A stretch of DNA of 64,000 bases from an uncultured Chitinophagaceae bacterium. GTDB taxonomy: Bacteria > Bacteroidota > Bacteroidia > Chitinophagales > Chitinophagaceae. The notes beneath the pieces are model-generated. The model had not been told where the DNA came from, made no database searches, and saw only the letters and a list, made by a program, of their open reading frames with translations. Made by a program: the position numbers and the translations under genes. Of the stretch, positions 1 to 10,916 are shown in pieces (the first letter of the stretch is position 1; each line of letters begins with the position of its first letter). The stretch covers positions 43,613 through 107,612 of the forward strand of contig CAYPET010000003.1 of assembly GCA_964409905.1 (NCBI GenBank), in the 5' to 3' direction.

Positions 1-1
1 G

Positions 2-436
2 GGCTTGCGTTCGGTGGCCTTGCGTTTGGGGATTGTGTTGGCTAAAGAAGAAGGTGCACTGCCCAAGATGGCAATGCCCTTGAAGTTTGGATTTGGCTCG
101 CCCATTGGCAGTGGTAAGCAGTATATACCATGGATACATATTGATGATGCGGTATCACTATTTATGAAAGCAATTGAAGACACCTCGCTAAAAGGTGCTT
201 ATAACGCGGCCGCACCGGAACATATAACCAATGCAGGCTTTACCAAATTACTGTGTCAAGTGCGCCACCGCTTGTTTATACCGATAGGTGTGCCTGCTTT
301 CTTGCTGAAGCTTGTGCTTGGTGAAATGGCCGACATCGTATTAAAGGGAAGTCGTGTTTCGAGTAAAAAAATCATAGCTACAGGATTTGAGTTTCAACAT
401 CCAGGTCTACGCAAGGCTTTGATAAGTTTGTCTTAA
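2..436 (+). CDS. Epimerase-family SDR protein (YfcH/TIGR01777-like), C-terminal fragment; the 5' end lies outside the window
   Basis: The frame is open from the window edge. The C-terminal region (GSGKQYIPWIHIDDAV...ATGFEFQHP) resembles the DUF1731-type tail of YfcH-like epimerases. Confidence 0.6.
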   Translation, partial: GLRSVALRLGIVLAKEEGALPKMAMPLKFGFGSPIGSGKQYIPWIHIDDAVSLFMKAIEDTSLKGAYNAAAPEHITNAGFTKLLCQVRHRLFIPIGVPAFLLKLVLGEMADIVLKGSRVSSKKIIATGFEFQHPGLRKALISLS

Positions 437-437
437 A

Positions 438-2417
438 CTAATATGACATTAAGGCTTCAACCTTCTCATTCAAATATTTCTTTGCCAGAAAATTTTCTTC
501 CAGCTCTTTGGCAAATGGTATGGGCGTTTCTATACTCCCGCAACGGAGGACAGGTGCATCTAATTGTTCAAAACAATTTTCAGTAATCCAGGCAGCTATT
601 TCGCCACCAATGCCACCGAACAAATTATCCTCGTGCAGTATGAGTATTTTGTTCGTGGTTTCTACCTCACGCTTTATTGCTGCATAATCCAACGGAACAA
701 GAGTCCGTAAATCGAGTACCGAAATTGAATACGTTGGATGCTGCTTTGCATAGTCCAATGCCCAATGCACTCCTGCACCATATGTAATAATTGACATATC
801 AGTGCCATGGTGAACATTTTTTGCTTCACCCAAAGCGATAGTATAATTCCCTTCGGGCACAGCATCCTCTATACTTCTATAAAGTGCCTTATGTTCAAAA
901 AACATAACAGGGTTCGGGTCGTTAATAGATGCCATCAGCAATCCCTTAGCATCTGAGGCAGTAGATGGATATACCACTTTGAGTCCCGGCGTGTGGGTAA
1001 ACCAGGTTTCGTTGCTCTGCGAATGAAAAGGTCCGGCACCTACGCCCGCACCGGTAGGCATGCGCACCACCACATCGGCATTTTGACCCCAGCGATAATG
1101 TATTTTGGCAAAATAGTTGACAATTTGCGTCATTCCTACAGATACAAAATCGGCAAACTGCATTTCTACCATGGCTTTGTAATTTTCGAGCGAAAGCCCC
1201 ATAGCCGCACCTAAAATGGCGCTTTCACATAGTGGCGTATTCCGCACACGCTCTTTGCCAAACTCCTCCACGAATCCTTCTGTTATTTTAAAAACCCCAC
1301 CATACTCGGCAATGTCCTGACCCATTAAAATGAGATTGTCGTGCTGCTTCATACTCTCCCAAAGCCCATCGCGGATAGCAGCAACCATTTTCATACTCTT
1401 GGTTGGAGCCGAACTTGTGTCCATACTTTGATGAATGTAAGGGGCAAATACATCAGCCAATTCTTCCTGAGTATCCGGCTGCAAAACTGGCGCGTCCAGC
1501 ACTTTGTCAACGTTGGCATTTATTTGCTTAATAAATTCTTTTTGAATGGATTCAATTAAGTCATCGGTTAAAATCCCTTCTTCCTTTAGCCAATTCTCAA
1601 AATTTGTTATTGGATCCTTCTGTTGCCATTCATAAAACAAATGTTGCGGCACATACTTTGTTCCGCTGGCTTCTTCATGACCACGCATTCTAAAAGTCAT
1701 ACACTCTATGAGGTAGGGTTTTTGCTCTCGAATACAATATGCTCTTGCCCGGGCAACCGCATCCAAAACATCCAATACGTTGTTACCATCAATGGTTTCG
1801 TATTCGATACCATAGCCTGCGGCCCGCGGGCCTAAGGTTTCGGTAATGTATTGCTCTTTTGTTGGTGTACTTAAACCGTATCCGTTATTTTCGATAACAA
1901 AAATGGTTGGAATATTCCAAACCGCAGCTACGTTAAGCGCTTCATGAAATTCGCCTTGACTCGTACCGCCCTCGCCGGTAAATGCCAGGGCCACTTTTTT
2001 TTCTTTGCGCAATTTGGCGGCCAAGGATGCACCATTAGCCACCGATAGCTGAGGCCCCAAGTGTGATATCATACCACATATTTTATGCTCCTTGCTGCCA
2101 AAGTGAAAACTACGCTCTCGCCCCTTACTAAATCCTGTTTTTTTACCTTGCCACTGAAGAAATAATTTTTCGAACGAAACATTCCGACAGGTAAAAACTC
2201 CTAGATTTCTATGCATGGTCATCATCCACTCATCGGGCTGAAGGGCCATGGTAGTGCCAATGGCAATTGCTTCTTGCCCTATTCCACTAAACCATTTGCT
2301 CACCCTGCCCTGACGCAATAGCTTCAGCATTTTTTCTTCTATCAATCGTGGGTAAACCAGATTTTTATAGATGGCTATCAGCTCTTCTTCGCTACGATTG
2401 CCGCGGTGGAATTTCAT
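438..2417 (-). CDS. TPP-dependent 2-oxoacid dehydrogenase E1 component, fused alpha/beta subunits
   Basis: About 660 aa. The N-terminal half is E1-alpha-like (GEGGTSQGEFHEALN, NNGYGLSTP) and the C-terminal half is E1-beta-like (RVRNTPLCESAILGAAMG). ATG at 2417; the ORF track starts at a TTG at 2426. Confidence 0.85.
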   Translation of the reverse strand: MKFHRGNRSEEELIAIYKNLVYPRLIEEKMLKLLRQGRVSKWFSGIGQEAIAIGTTMALQPDEWMMTMHRNLGVFTCRNVSFEKLFLQWQGKKTGFSKGRERSFHFGSKEHKICGMISHLGPQLSVANGASLAAKLRKEKKVALAFTGEGGTSQGEFHEALNVAAVWNIPTIFVIENNGYGLSTPTKEQYITETLGPRAAGYGIEYETIDGNNVLDVLDAVARARAYCIREQKPYLIECMTFRMRGHEEASGTKYVPQHLFYEWQQKDPITNFENWLKEEGILTDDLIESIQKEFIKQINANVDKVLDAPVLQPDTQEELADVFAPYIHQSMDTSSAPTKSMKMVAAIRDGLWESMKQHDNLILMGQDIAEYGGVFKITEGFVEEFGKERVRNTPLCESAILGAAMGLSLENYKAMVEMQFADFVSVGMTQIVNYFAKIHYRWGQNADVVVRMPTGAGVGAGPFHSQSNETWFTHTPGLKVVYPSTASDAKGLLMASINDPNPVMFFEHKALYRSIEDAVPEGNYTIALGEAKNVHHGTDMSIITYGAGVHWALDYAKQHPTYSISVLDLRTLVPLDYAAIKREVETTNKILILHEDNLFGGIGGEIAAWITENCFEQLDAPVLRCGSIETPIPFAKELEENFLAKKYLNEKVEALMSY

Positions 2418-2493
2418 AGTTAGCAAATGTACGTTTGGGAATATGTAAATTGTATTGACGATTAAAATTAATCAGCCACACGGGGTATAAAAG

Positions 2494-2523
2494 CAATAGC
2501 CACAACTTACTTTATGGCTATTG
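2494..2523 (-). terminator. Candidate hairpin terminator downstream of the T9SS cargo gene
   Basis: 10-bp inverted repeat caatagcca(c)...tggctattg, 25 bp after the minus-strand stop at 2548. The T-tract is weak. Confidence 0.35.
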
Positions 2524-2547
2524 AAGAAACATATTTGAAGAAACAAT

Positions 2548-3552
2548 TTAATTTTTTACGAACTGATAGAAAATACTTTGGTCTTTATGTTGAACTTGTA
2601 GAATATAATTCCCGGTAGCCAAGGATTGCATATCAATTGCATTTTTTTGCTCAGTTAGAACATGCTGACGGAGTACAACACCATTCATACTAATAACACG
2701 GACAGTAGCAGGCGTGCTAATCGGTTTCACAAACTCAACATACGCATTGTTAGAAACAACCGTAGGGTAAAACAACAGTTCATCACTCAACCTAACAGCA
2801 TTCGGTACCGCTGCAGGAGCCGAAGCCGGAGCAAAACGGATTACCGTGCTGTCTTTCGGATAATCATTAATTCCAAAATCTGTGGTTGGGAAGGTAGCCA
2901 GACTAAATGAATCCACTTGTGGTGAGTCCAACGCACTGAGGTAGTAAAACCAATCAAATGTAAATAGATTGGCATTGATATTTGTGGTAATACCAATTGG
3001 CAATTTGGTGCTTTCTATATTGCGCTCAAAGTCATCTAAATAGGATGTGCCATAACGATATTCTACAGCCCCATCACTTTCATAAAACCACATTTGCAGG
3101 TTAGCCGAGTCGTTAAGCGTATTATTTATATCATACTCGCCAAAAAAGCCGAAATTGGCCCATTCTATTTTAGCAATTCGACTTCCTGAAGTGCCCTCTG
3201 TCTTGTATGCGATAGTAGAAGGTAAATTGCCCGGTATCGTGGCTCTATCACGGATATCGATACCAGAGGTATACAAATTAACCGGGCTGGTTAATGAGGT
3301 GGTTAACTCGCAGCCTGAAGAGACATTGGTGCCGTCTATGTACATGGTATCTGTAGTCTTTCCAAAAGCAGTATGAGTAAACCCCAACGGAATAACAACA
3401 TCAGGATCATCCCAACCGGCAGCCAAGGGTACAACAGTTGGTGAAGACAAATTAGTATAAGCTTGTTTGAAAACGGTTACTACCCACCCATTTGGCAAGG
3501 CGCTGGCTGCCATACTCAAAAGCATGACCGGAATGATTGCTAACTTTTTCAT
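2548..3552 (-). CDS. Secreted protein with a T9SS C-terminal sorting domain (function unknown)
   Basis: Signal peptide MKKLAIIPVMLLSMAASA from the ATG at 3552. The C-terminus (LFYPTVVSNN...VRVISMNGVVLRQ...LATGNYILQVQ...) matches the Por_Secre_tail pattern. Confidence 0.7.
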   Translation of the reverse strand: MKKLAIIPVMLLSMAASALPNGWVVTVFKQAYTNLSSPTVVPLAAGWDDPDVVIPLGFTHTAFGKTTDTMYIDGTNVSSGCELTTSLTSPVNLYTSGIDIRDRATIPGNLPSTIAYKTEGTSGSRIAKIEWANFGFFGEYDINNTLNDSANLQMWFYESDGAVEYRYGTSYLDDFERNIESTKLPIGITTNINANLFTFDWFYYLSALDSPQVDSFSLATFPTTDFGINDYPKDSTVIRFAPASAPAAVPNAVRLSDELLFYPTVVSNNAYVEFVKPISTPATVRVISMNGVVLRQHVLTEQKNAIDMQSLATGNYILQVQHKDQSIFYQFVKN

Positions 3553-3615
3553 TTTTTTGAAATTTCGGGTCAAAAATAGGGTATTTAAACCCACAGCCTA
3601 ATCTTAAATTTATCC

Positions 3616-3647
3616 AAAAAAAAAGTCGCAGCTCTTGGCTGCGACTT
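3616..3647 (-). terminator. Rho-independent terminator of groEL
   Basis: 10-bp perfect stem aagtcgcagc/gctgcgactt with a 5-nt loop. On the minus strand it is followed by a run of about 9 T, about 25 nt after the groEL stop. Confidence 0.75.
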
Positions 3648-3671
3648 GAATTGAATTTATTAAAAGTGGCA

Positions 3672-5318
<1,647 letters not shown>

Positions 5319-5375
5319 TTAATTTTTTTGTTTTAATGATTTTGTGCGTAATTGTCTCTGAATTCAAAACGCTGA

Positions 5376-5657
5376 TTAAATGATTGCAAGGATGTCACTT
5401 TCACGCATGATAAGGTATTCAGTACCATCAATGTTCAACTCGGTACCAGCATACTTCCCATACAATACAGTGTTACCTACTTTTACAGTCATTGGTTCAT
5501 CCTGCTTGCCGCTGCCTACTGCAATCACTTGGCCACGTTGTGGTTTTTCGGTTGCGGAATCAGGAATGATTATTCCACCAGCAGATTTTGTTTCGGCTTC
5601 TGCCGCTTGTACCAACACACGGTCATGAAGCGGGGTAATGTTTACTTTCTTTGCCAT
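5376..5657 (-). CDS. groES: Co-chaperonin GroES (Cpn10)
   Basis: 93 aa, located 69 bp upstream of groEL. Contains typical [10 protein letters not shown] and GGIIIPD motifs. Confidence 0.97.
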   Translation of the reverse strand: MAKKVNITPLHDRVLVQAAEAETKSAGGIIIPDSATEKPQRGQVIAVGSGKQDEPMTVKVGNTVLYGKYAGTELNIDGTEYLIMRESDILAII

Positions 5658-5798
5658 AATTTACTAAGTTTTTATTGAGTTATATACTCCTTTTATTATC
5701 ATAGAATATGCCAATAAAAAATGAATAAGACAATTTTGCAGAATGCGACCGAAATGCTTTAAAAACAAGACATATTAGCAAAAAGCCAGGAGGTCACA

Positions 5799-6692
5799 TC
5801 ATTTATTGGCAGTCTTTGAATATTTTTTTACGATAAATACGCCCAGAAAAGTAATGGCCGTGCCCAAAATAAGATTCCAGGTTAGCGGCTCACCTAAGAA
5901 TAATATCCCTAATCCTAAGGCAATAATTGGATTTATGTAAGCATAAATTCCCGAAATATCTGACGGTAAATTTTTAAGTACATACATAAAACACAAAAAA
6001 CAAAGTATGGAACCAATGGCTATTAAATAGAACAGCGAAGCCCAGGCGCCCCAAGGCATGGAATGAATATGCTGATCTTCACCAAGCAGTGCGCTAAATA
6101 CAAATAATTGTATGCCACCAAATAGCATTTGATAACCAATGCCGGAAAGATTTTTACCCTTTAACACTTGCCGCGAAGAAACAAGCGTGCCAAGTGTCCA
6201 ACTCATCACCCCTAGCAAGCAGATTGTAATGCCAAATAAGAATTCAGATTTAAATAAATCGTCTAAATAACTATAAAAAATACACCCTACCCCGATAAAC
6301 CCAATCATCAAACCAATGGTAGATTTGAGATTGATGCGCACTTTGTATAGTACAGCGTTTAATAGAATAAGAAAAAAAGGAAACAAGCACCCCAGTAGCG
6401 CTCCCAAACCAGAAGGTATATATACTATTGCCCATGTAGTTAACCCATTGGCACACGTAAAAATGAAAAAGCCCAGCAAGAAATGCAACAATAACTCACG
6501 GAGGGTTGGCCTATAGTTTCGGAGCCAATAAAAGTACCCAATCAAAACAATACCAGCCAAGATTTGCCTAATGGCACTCATGAATAAAGGATCAAAATAC
6601 TGTAATGCTAACTTAGAAACAAACCACGAACCTCCCCAAAATACTGAGATAATAGCCAAAGCCCAATATGCCCGAGAGAGATCTGCTTTCAA
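5799..6692 (-). CDS. EamA/DMT-family transporter
   Basis: About 10 predicted TM helices in two EamA-like halves (VFWGGSWFVSK...). Apparent TTG start. Confidence 0.8.
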   Translation of the reverse strand: MKADLSRAYWALAIISVFWGGSWFVSKLALQYFDPLFMSAIRQILAGIVLIGYFYWLRNYRPTLRELLLHFLLGFFIFTCANGLTTWAIVYIPSGLGALLGCLFPFFLILLNAVLYKVRINLKSTIGLMIGFIGVGCIFYSYLDDLFKSEFLFGITICLLGVMSWTLGTLVSSRQVLKGKNLSGIGYQMLFGGIQLFVFSALLGEDQHIHSMPWGAWASLFYLIAIGSILCFLCFMYVLKNLPSDISGIYAYINPIIALGLGILFLGEPLTWNLILGTAITFLGVFIVKKYSKTANK

Positions 6693-6826
6693 TTGGTTGC
6701 AAAAGAACTTCCTTTTTTATACAAACGAACAATGTCAGAATGTTAAAAAAACAAATGGAAACGAATTATTTACAAATTCATTCATCAAATGCCTTAACTT
6801 TACGTAGCAATTAAAAAATATTCGAA

Positions 6827-7147
6827 ATGAAAAAGTTCATCTTATTAGCATTAACGGTAATTCTTTCTACTGGATTGGTAATGGCCGATAAAAAATGCTG
6901 CAAAAACAAAGAAAAATGCGCAAAAACTGAATGTGCAAAAAAATCAGCTGATGCAACAACAAGTTGTGCTGGTAAAGCAGAAGCTTCTGGTAAAAAAGCA
7001 TGTTGTTCAAATAAAACAGCTAGCGCTAGTGCCGCAACTAGTTCTTGCAGCCAATCAGCAGGTAAAAAAGCTTGTTGTAAAGATAAGGCAAAAGCAGAAG
7101 CTAAAGCCGAACCAAAAATTAATGACGACGGTACAGTAGCTGAATAA
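6827..7147 (+). CDS. Secreted Cys/Lys/Ala-rich low-complexity protein with three KK(A)CC repeats; family unknown
   Basis: ATG start, Sec-type signal peptide, 10 Cys in about 85 mature residues, and its own strong terminator. Confidence 0.7.
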   Translation: MKKFILLALTVILSTGLVMADKKCCKNKEKCAKTECAKKSADATTSCAGKAEASGKKACCSNKTASASAATSSCSQSAGKKACCKDKAKAEAKAEPKINDDGTVAE

Positions 7148-7170
7148 TTCTTCTACTATAATGGTATTGA

Positions 7171-7199
7171 AGCGGTTGCTAAGGCAACCGCTTTTTTTT
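7171..7199 (+). terminator. Rho-independent terminator of the Cys-rich gene
   Basis: Stem agcggttgc/gcaaccgct, 4-nt loop, then 8 T. It overlaps the stop codon of the convergent gldB-like gene. Confidence 0.8.
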
Positions 7200-8247
7200 A
7201 TGGTTTATACTTCGCGTCTTGTAAAAACTGTTGAGCTGGCATCTTAAGCTTCATTAATTCCTGCAGGCTACAGTTGGGATGCTCTTGCATGTATTTTCTG
7301 ACAATCTGCCAACCCAACCAAGTGCCAATATTGCCTGGCGATTCTGTCGGCATGCCGGGGGTATTGGGGCCGTCATTTATATATGGCATAATTTCTTGCC
7401 AAGTTGTAGAGTAAAAAAGCTTCCCACTGACGAAGAAGTAATAAATCATTTGTTCATTTTCTTTACACCACTCAATTTGCTCCGGGCTGTATCCAATAAT
7501 TGCATCGTCCCGTTTATCGCGGCAAACCTGCTCAGTGAAGTACAACTCCCGACCCTTAAATAGCATCATGTCCAGCAGTGTTTTACCCTCATATTCAAAA
7601 GGAAACTGAGCAGCATAAACTGCCCGTGCCACCTCAATACTAATCCTGTCTGGTCTTCTATTCCGGGTTTCATACTCAGGGATGTTGACTGTGGCATAAA
7701 ATGGAAAGTTATTCCCCAAGTACATATCCAAACCAACGCCTACAGCACTATCCAGCGTTATTGCGCTCCATAAGTTAAGCCCGCTAACAAAGTAGTATAC
7801 TCTTCCTAGGGGCTCATTGGGATAATAGTACTTGATGTTGGTTAAAGTTTGCTTTAACTCTTTGTCTATGGCATCTGTATTCGGAAAATGTTCTTTTACC
7901 GTATCCCACAAAGCTCGATAATCCTTATTCGTTAAGAAAATGTGCAAGGCAGTGTCAAATTGTGGTGTCCCAATCTCACCAAAAGCAGCCAGACGAGTTA
8001 GATATAAATTGGTAAAATCAGGATATTGTGTCCCAAGCTTATTTAAATCCTGCATTGCACTGTCTGGATTCATAGCAAAAAAGAGTTTATCAAAACGCAC
8101 TGAGGAATAATTCAACTTTACCGCAGACGTATCCAAATCCTTTTTCGTACTTTTAGAATCGCAAGAAGAAAAAACTGCTAAAATGGAATAACAAACCATT
8201 AAAGCAAGGTGGAAAGTTGTTCGATAAGAAGCAGGGTATTTTTGCAC
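7198..8247 (-). CDS. gldB: Gliding-motility lipoprotein GldB-like
   Basis: Lipoprotein signal (...AVFSSC). The N-terminal VRFDKLFF...YPDF pattern is as I remember it for the GldB family. Lies near nadE (divergent, with one OMP gene between), and gldB/nadE linkage is common in Bacteroidota. GTG start. Confidence 0.6.
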   Translation of the reverse strand: MQKYPASYRTTFHLALMVCYSILAVFSSCDSKSTKKDLDTSAVKLNYSSVRFDKLFFAMNPDSAMQDLNKLGTQYPDFTNLYLTRLAAFGEIGTPQFDTALHIFLTNKDYRALWDTVKEHFPNTDAIDKELKQTLTNIKYYYPNEPLGRVYYFVSGLNLWSAITLDSAVGVGLDMYLGNNFPFYATVNIPEYETRNRRPDRISIEVARAVYAAQFPFEYEGKTLLDMMLFKGRELYFTEQVCRDKRDDAIIGYSPEQIEWCKENEQMIYYFFVSGKLFYSTTWQEIMPYINDGPNTPGMPTESPGNIGTWLGWQIVRKYMQEHPNCSLQELMKLKMPAQQFLQDAKYKP

Positions 8248-8296
8248 AGTTCCGTTACTTTAGATGCGTAAAGGAACGATATTAAAACTAAAAATT

Positions 8297-9064
8297 ATGA
8301 AAAAAACGATATTACTATGTTCATTGCTTGTATTAGCTACCAGTGTTCTATTTGCTCAAGACAGCCGAGTTGATGAGGTGTTTAAAAAATATAGATTTGG
8401 CATGTATCTAGGACCAACCTTCAATTCGTTGAAGCCTGTTGTGCAAGTAGCCGAGGACAATAACGGGGACTACCAAGTTGAGAAAGGCGCTGGCAGAGTA
8501 AGTTTTAGTGCCGGCTTGAATATGGAATTAAACGTAACAGAAAAATATACTCTTTATACCGGCATAGGCATGGATTGGAATGGAGGCACTATCAATGCTG
8601 GCTATGACTCCATGAGTAACACAACCCCGCCCCTTAGCAATAACTACGCGCGTCAGGCTATGGTAGATTATAAAAACCAATACCTTTCCATACCATTAGG
8701 TCTAAAAATGTATGCCGCCCAATTTGGTGACCTGCGCGTCTATGCCCAAACAGGTATAGATTTGTCGTTTTTATTAAGTCAAAAAGGGAATTACACCCTT
8801 TTAAAAAGTGATTACACCCAGATATCGGGCGAAAAAGAAAAATTAGGCCCTTATGCAGCCGTATCACCAATAAATGTGGGCTGGCATCTTGGCGCGGGGG
8901 CAGAATATGAACTGGCAAATGGCAGTTCGGCTTATTTTGGCATTTTGTATCGTAATGGTTTCACAGACTATACTGCTCCAAAATTGAACGAAGTGGGTAA
9001 TCGATTTGCCGATGGTAACATCCGCTCCAACACAATTGCTATTCGAGTAGGATACTTCTTCTAG
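8297..9064 (+). CDS. Small outer-membrane beta-barrel protein (PorT/OMP_b-brl_2-like family)
   Basis: Signal peptide MKKTILLCSLLVLATSVLFA, alternating beta-strand pattern, and an aromatic C-terminus (RVGYFF). Confidence 0.7.
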   Translation: MKKTILLCSLLVLATSVLFAQDSRVDEVFKKYRFGMYLGPTFNSLKPVVQVAEDNNGDYQVEKGAGRVSFSAGLNMELNVTEKYTLYTGIGMDWNGGTINAGYDSMSNTTPPLSNNYARQAMVDYKNQYLSIPLGLKMYAAQFGDLRVYAQTGIDLSFLLSQKGNYTLLKSDYTQISGEKEKLGPYAAVSPINVGWHLGAGAEYELANGSSAYFGILYRNGFTDYTAPKLNEVGNRFADGNIRSNTIAIRVGYFF

Positions 9065-9085
9065 TATTAAACGGATTATAACAAT

Positions 9086-9116
9086 GCCCCGATAGCCTTA
9101 TCGGGGCTTTTTATTT
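9086..9116 (+). terminator. Rho-independent terminator
   Basis: Stem gccccgata/tatcggggc, 4-nt loop, followed by tttttatttt. Confidence 0.75.
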
Positions 9117-9130
9117 TACTTTTGTGCATA

Positions 9131-10840
9131 ATGAAAATTTTCCTTGCCCAACAGAATTACATCATTGGGAATTTTGAATACAACCTTTCAAAAATGATAG
9201 CTGCCATTGAAGCAGCCAAAGAAAAAAATGGTGATCTAATTATCTTTTCCGAATTATCCGTTTGCGGATATCCACCACGCGATTTTTTAGAATTTGACGA
9301 CTTCATAAAACGCAACGAAGAGGCCATTGCAAAACTCATACCGTTATCAAACGATATTGGCATCATAGTGGGCGCACCTGATCGAAACCCCAGAAAAGAA
9401 GGTAAAGACTTGTTTAATGCAGCATTTTTGCTTCACGAAGGTAAAATTGTCGGAACTGCTCACAAAACACTCTTGCCCAATTATGACATATTTGACGAAT
9501 ACCGATATTTCGAACCGGCCTTCGAATGGCGGGTGTTACCATTTAAAAATATCAATATAGCCTTAACCGTTTGTGAGGATATATGGAATTTACACATTGC
9601 ACATCAAGAAATGCCATACAATCCCTTATACAGGCTCACACCCATGGATATTTTGATGGAGCAGAAACCTGACGTAATGATAAATATTAGTGCCTCGCCT
9701 TTTGATTATACGCATGCAGAGGACAGGCTGGCAATGGTAAAGGCTAACGTGAAAAAATACAAATTACCCATGCTATATTGTAATGGTGTGGGTTCTCAGA
9801 CGGAGGTGATATTTGACGGTGGCAGCCTTGTATTTGATAAAAATGCCAACATCATTAAGGAGGGTAACTATTTTGAGGAAGACCTGCTGGAAGTTAATTT
9901 GAAGCATGACGGTAGCTTTGAAGAGCCTGTAAGCCAATCTGCCATGGACATTCCCAGTGAAGAACTCACCCCACCACATTATGACCCATGCCTGAACATT
10001 GATCGAATTTACGAAGCCCTGATTACGGGCATCCGTGATTACTTTAAAAAATTAGGTTTTCAAAAGGCCATCCTAGGCGCTAGCGGAGGTGTGGATAGTG
10101 CTTTAGTACAAGCATTAGCAGTAGCTGCTCTTGGCAAAGAAAATGTATATGCCATGCTGATGCCATCACATTTCTCCAGCGATCATAGCATTGCCGATGC
10201 AGAGCAATTATCAATAAATCTGGGCAATGATTATAACATTGTACCTATAGAACCTGTTTACAATGCTTTCATGCAACAATTAGCTGAGCCATTTAATAAT
10301 TTACCTTTCAATATAGCGGAAGAAAACATTCAGGCACGCACGCGAGGTACATTGTTAATGGCAATGGCAAATAAATTTGGTTATATCTTATTGAATACTT
10401 CAAACAAAAGTGAATTATCAGTTGGCTACGGTACATTGTATGGTGATATGGCGGGGGGCATATCGGTGATAGGTGATGTATATAAAATGCAGGCCTACGA
10501 AATGTGTAACTACATTAATAAAAAAGCGGGAAGGGAAATCATACCAAGGAACATCATCACAAAACCACCGTCAGCAGAGTTACGCCCCAATCAAAAAGAT
10601 AGCGACTCACTACCCGACTATCTGGATTTAGATACCATTCTTTACCAATACATAGAACTGCGCAAAGGTCCAAAAGAAATTGTTGAAATGGGTTATAATG
10701 AGTTACTAGTCAATCGTATTTTGAAAATGGTAAACAGAAATGAGTATAAGCGGAATCAATTTTGCCCGATTATTCGCGTTTCATTTAAATCATTCGGCGT
10801 TGGCCGCAGAATTCCGATTGTTGCCAAGTATCTGGAATAG
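9131..10840 (+). CDS. nadE: Glutamine-dependent NAD+ synthetase (CN-hydrolase domain plus NAD synthase domain)
   Basis: N-terminal nitrilase-like domain (FSELSVCGYPP, LTVCEDIW) and a C-terminal ATP-PPase domain with the SGGVDS motif. Confidence 0.93.
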   Translation: MKIFLAQQNYIIGNFEYNLSKMIAAIEAAKEKNGDLIIFSELSVCGYPPRDFLEFDDFIKRNEEAIAKLIPLSNDIGIIVGAPDRNPRKEGKDLFNAAFLLHEGKIVGTAHKTLLPNYDIFDEYRYFEPAFEWRVLPFKNINIALTVCEDIWNLHIAHQEMPYNPLYRLTPMDILMEQKPDVMINISASPFDYTHAEDRLAMVKANVKKYKLPMLYCNGVGSQTEVIFDGGSLVFDKNANIIKEGNYFEEDLLEVNLKHDGSFEEPVSQSAMDIPSEELTPPHYDPCLNIDRIYEALITGIRDYFKKLGFQKAILGASGGVDSALVQALAVAALGKENVYAMLMPSHFSSDHSIADAEQLSINLGNDYNIVPIEPVYNAFMQQLAEPFNNLPFNIAEENIQARTRGTLLMAMANKFGYILLNTSNKSELSVGYGTLYGDMAGGISVIGDVYKMQAYEMCNYINKKAGREIIPRNIITKPPSAELRPNQKDSDSLPDYLDLDTILYQYIELRKGPKEIVEMGYNELLVNRILKMVNRNEYKRNQFCPIIRVSFKSFGVGRRIPIVAKYLE

Positions 10841-10916
10841 TTTGTAAAATTGAATTTTCATTCCTTACCATCATTAATAAAAGTAACCGAATCAATACAT
10901 AATCCTCTTGTGATGA

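Noticed and set aside
6933-7139. 68-aa alternative-frame ORF inside the Cys-rich gene.
   Set aside because: It is a by-product of the repetitive AAA/GCA codon composition. It has no signal peptide or start context, whereas the annotated frame has a signal peptide and a terminator.
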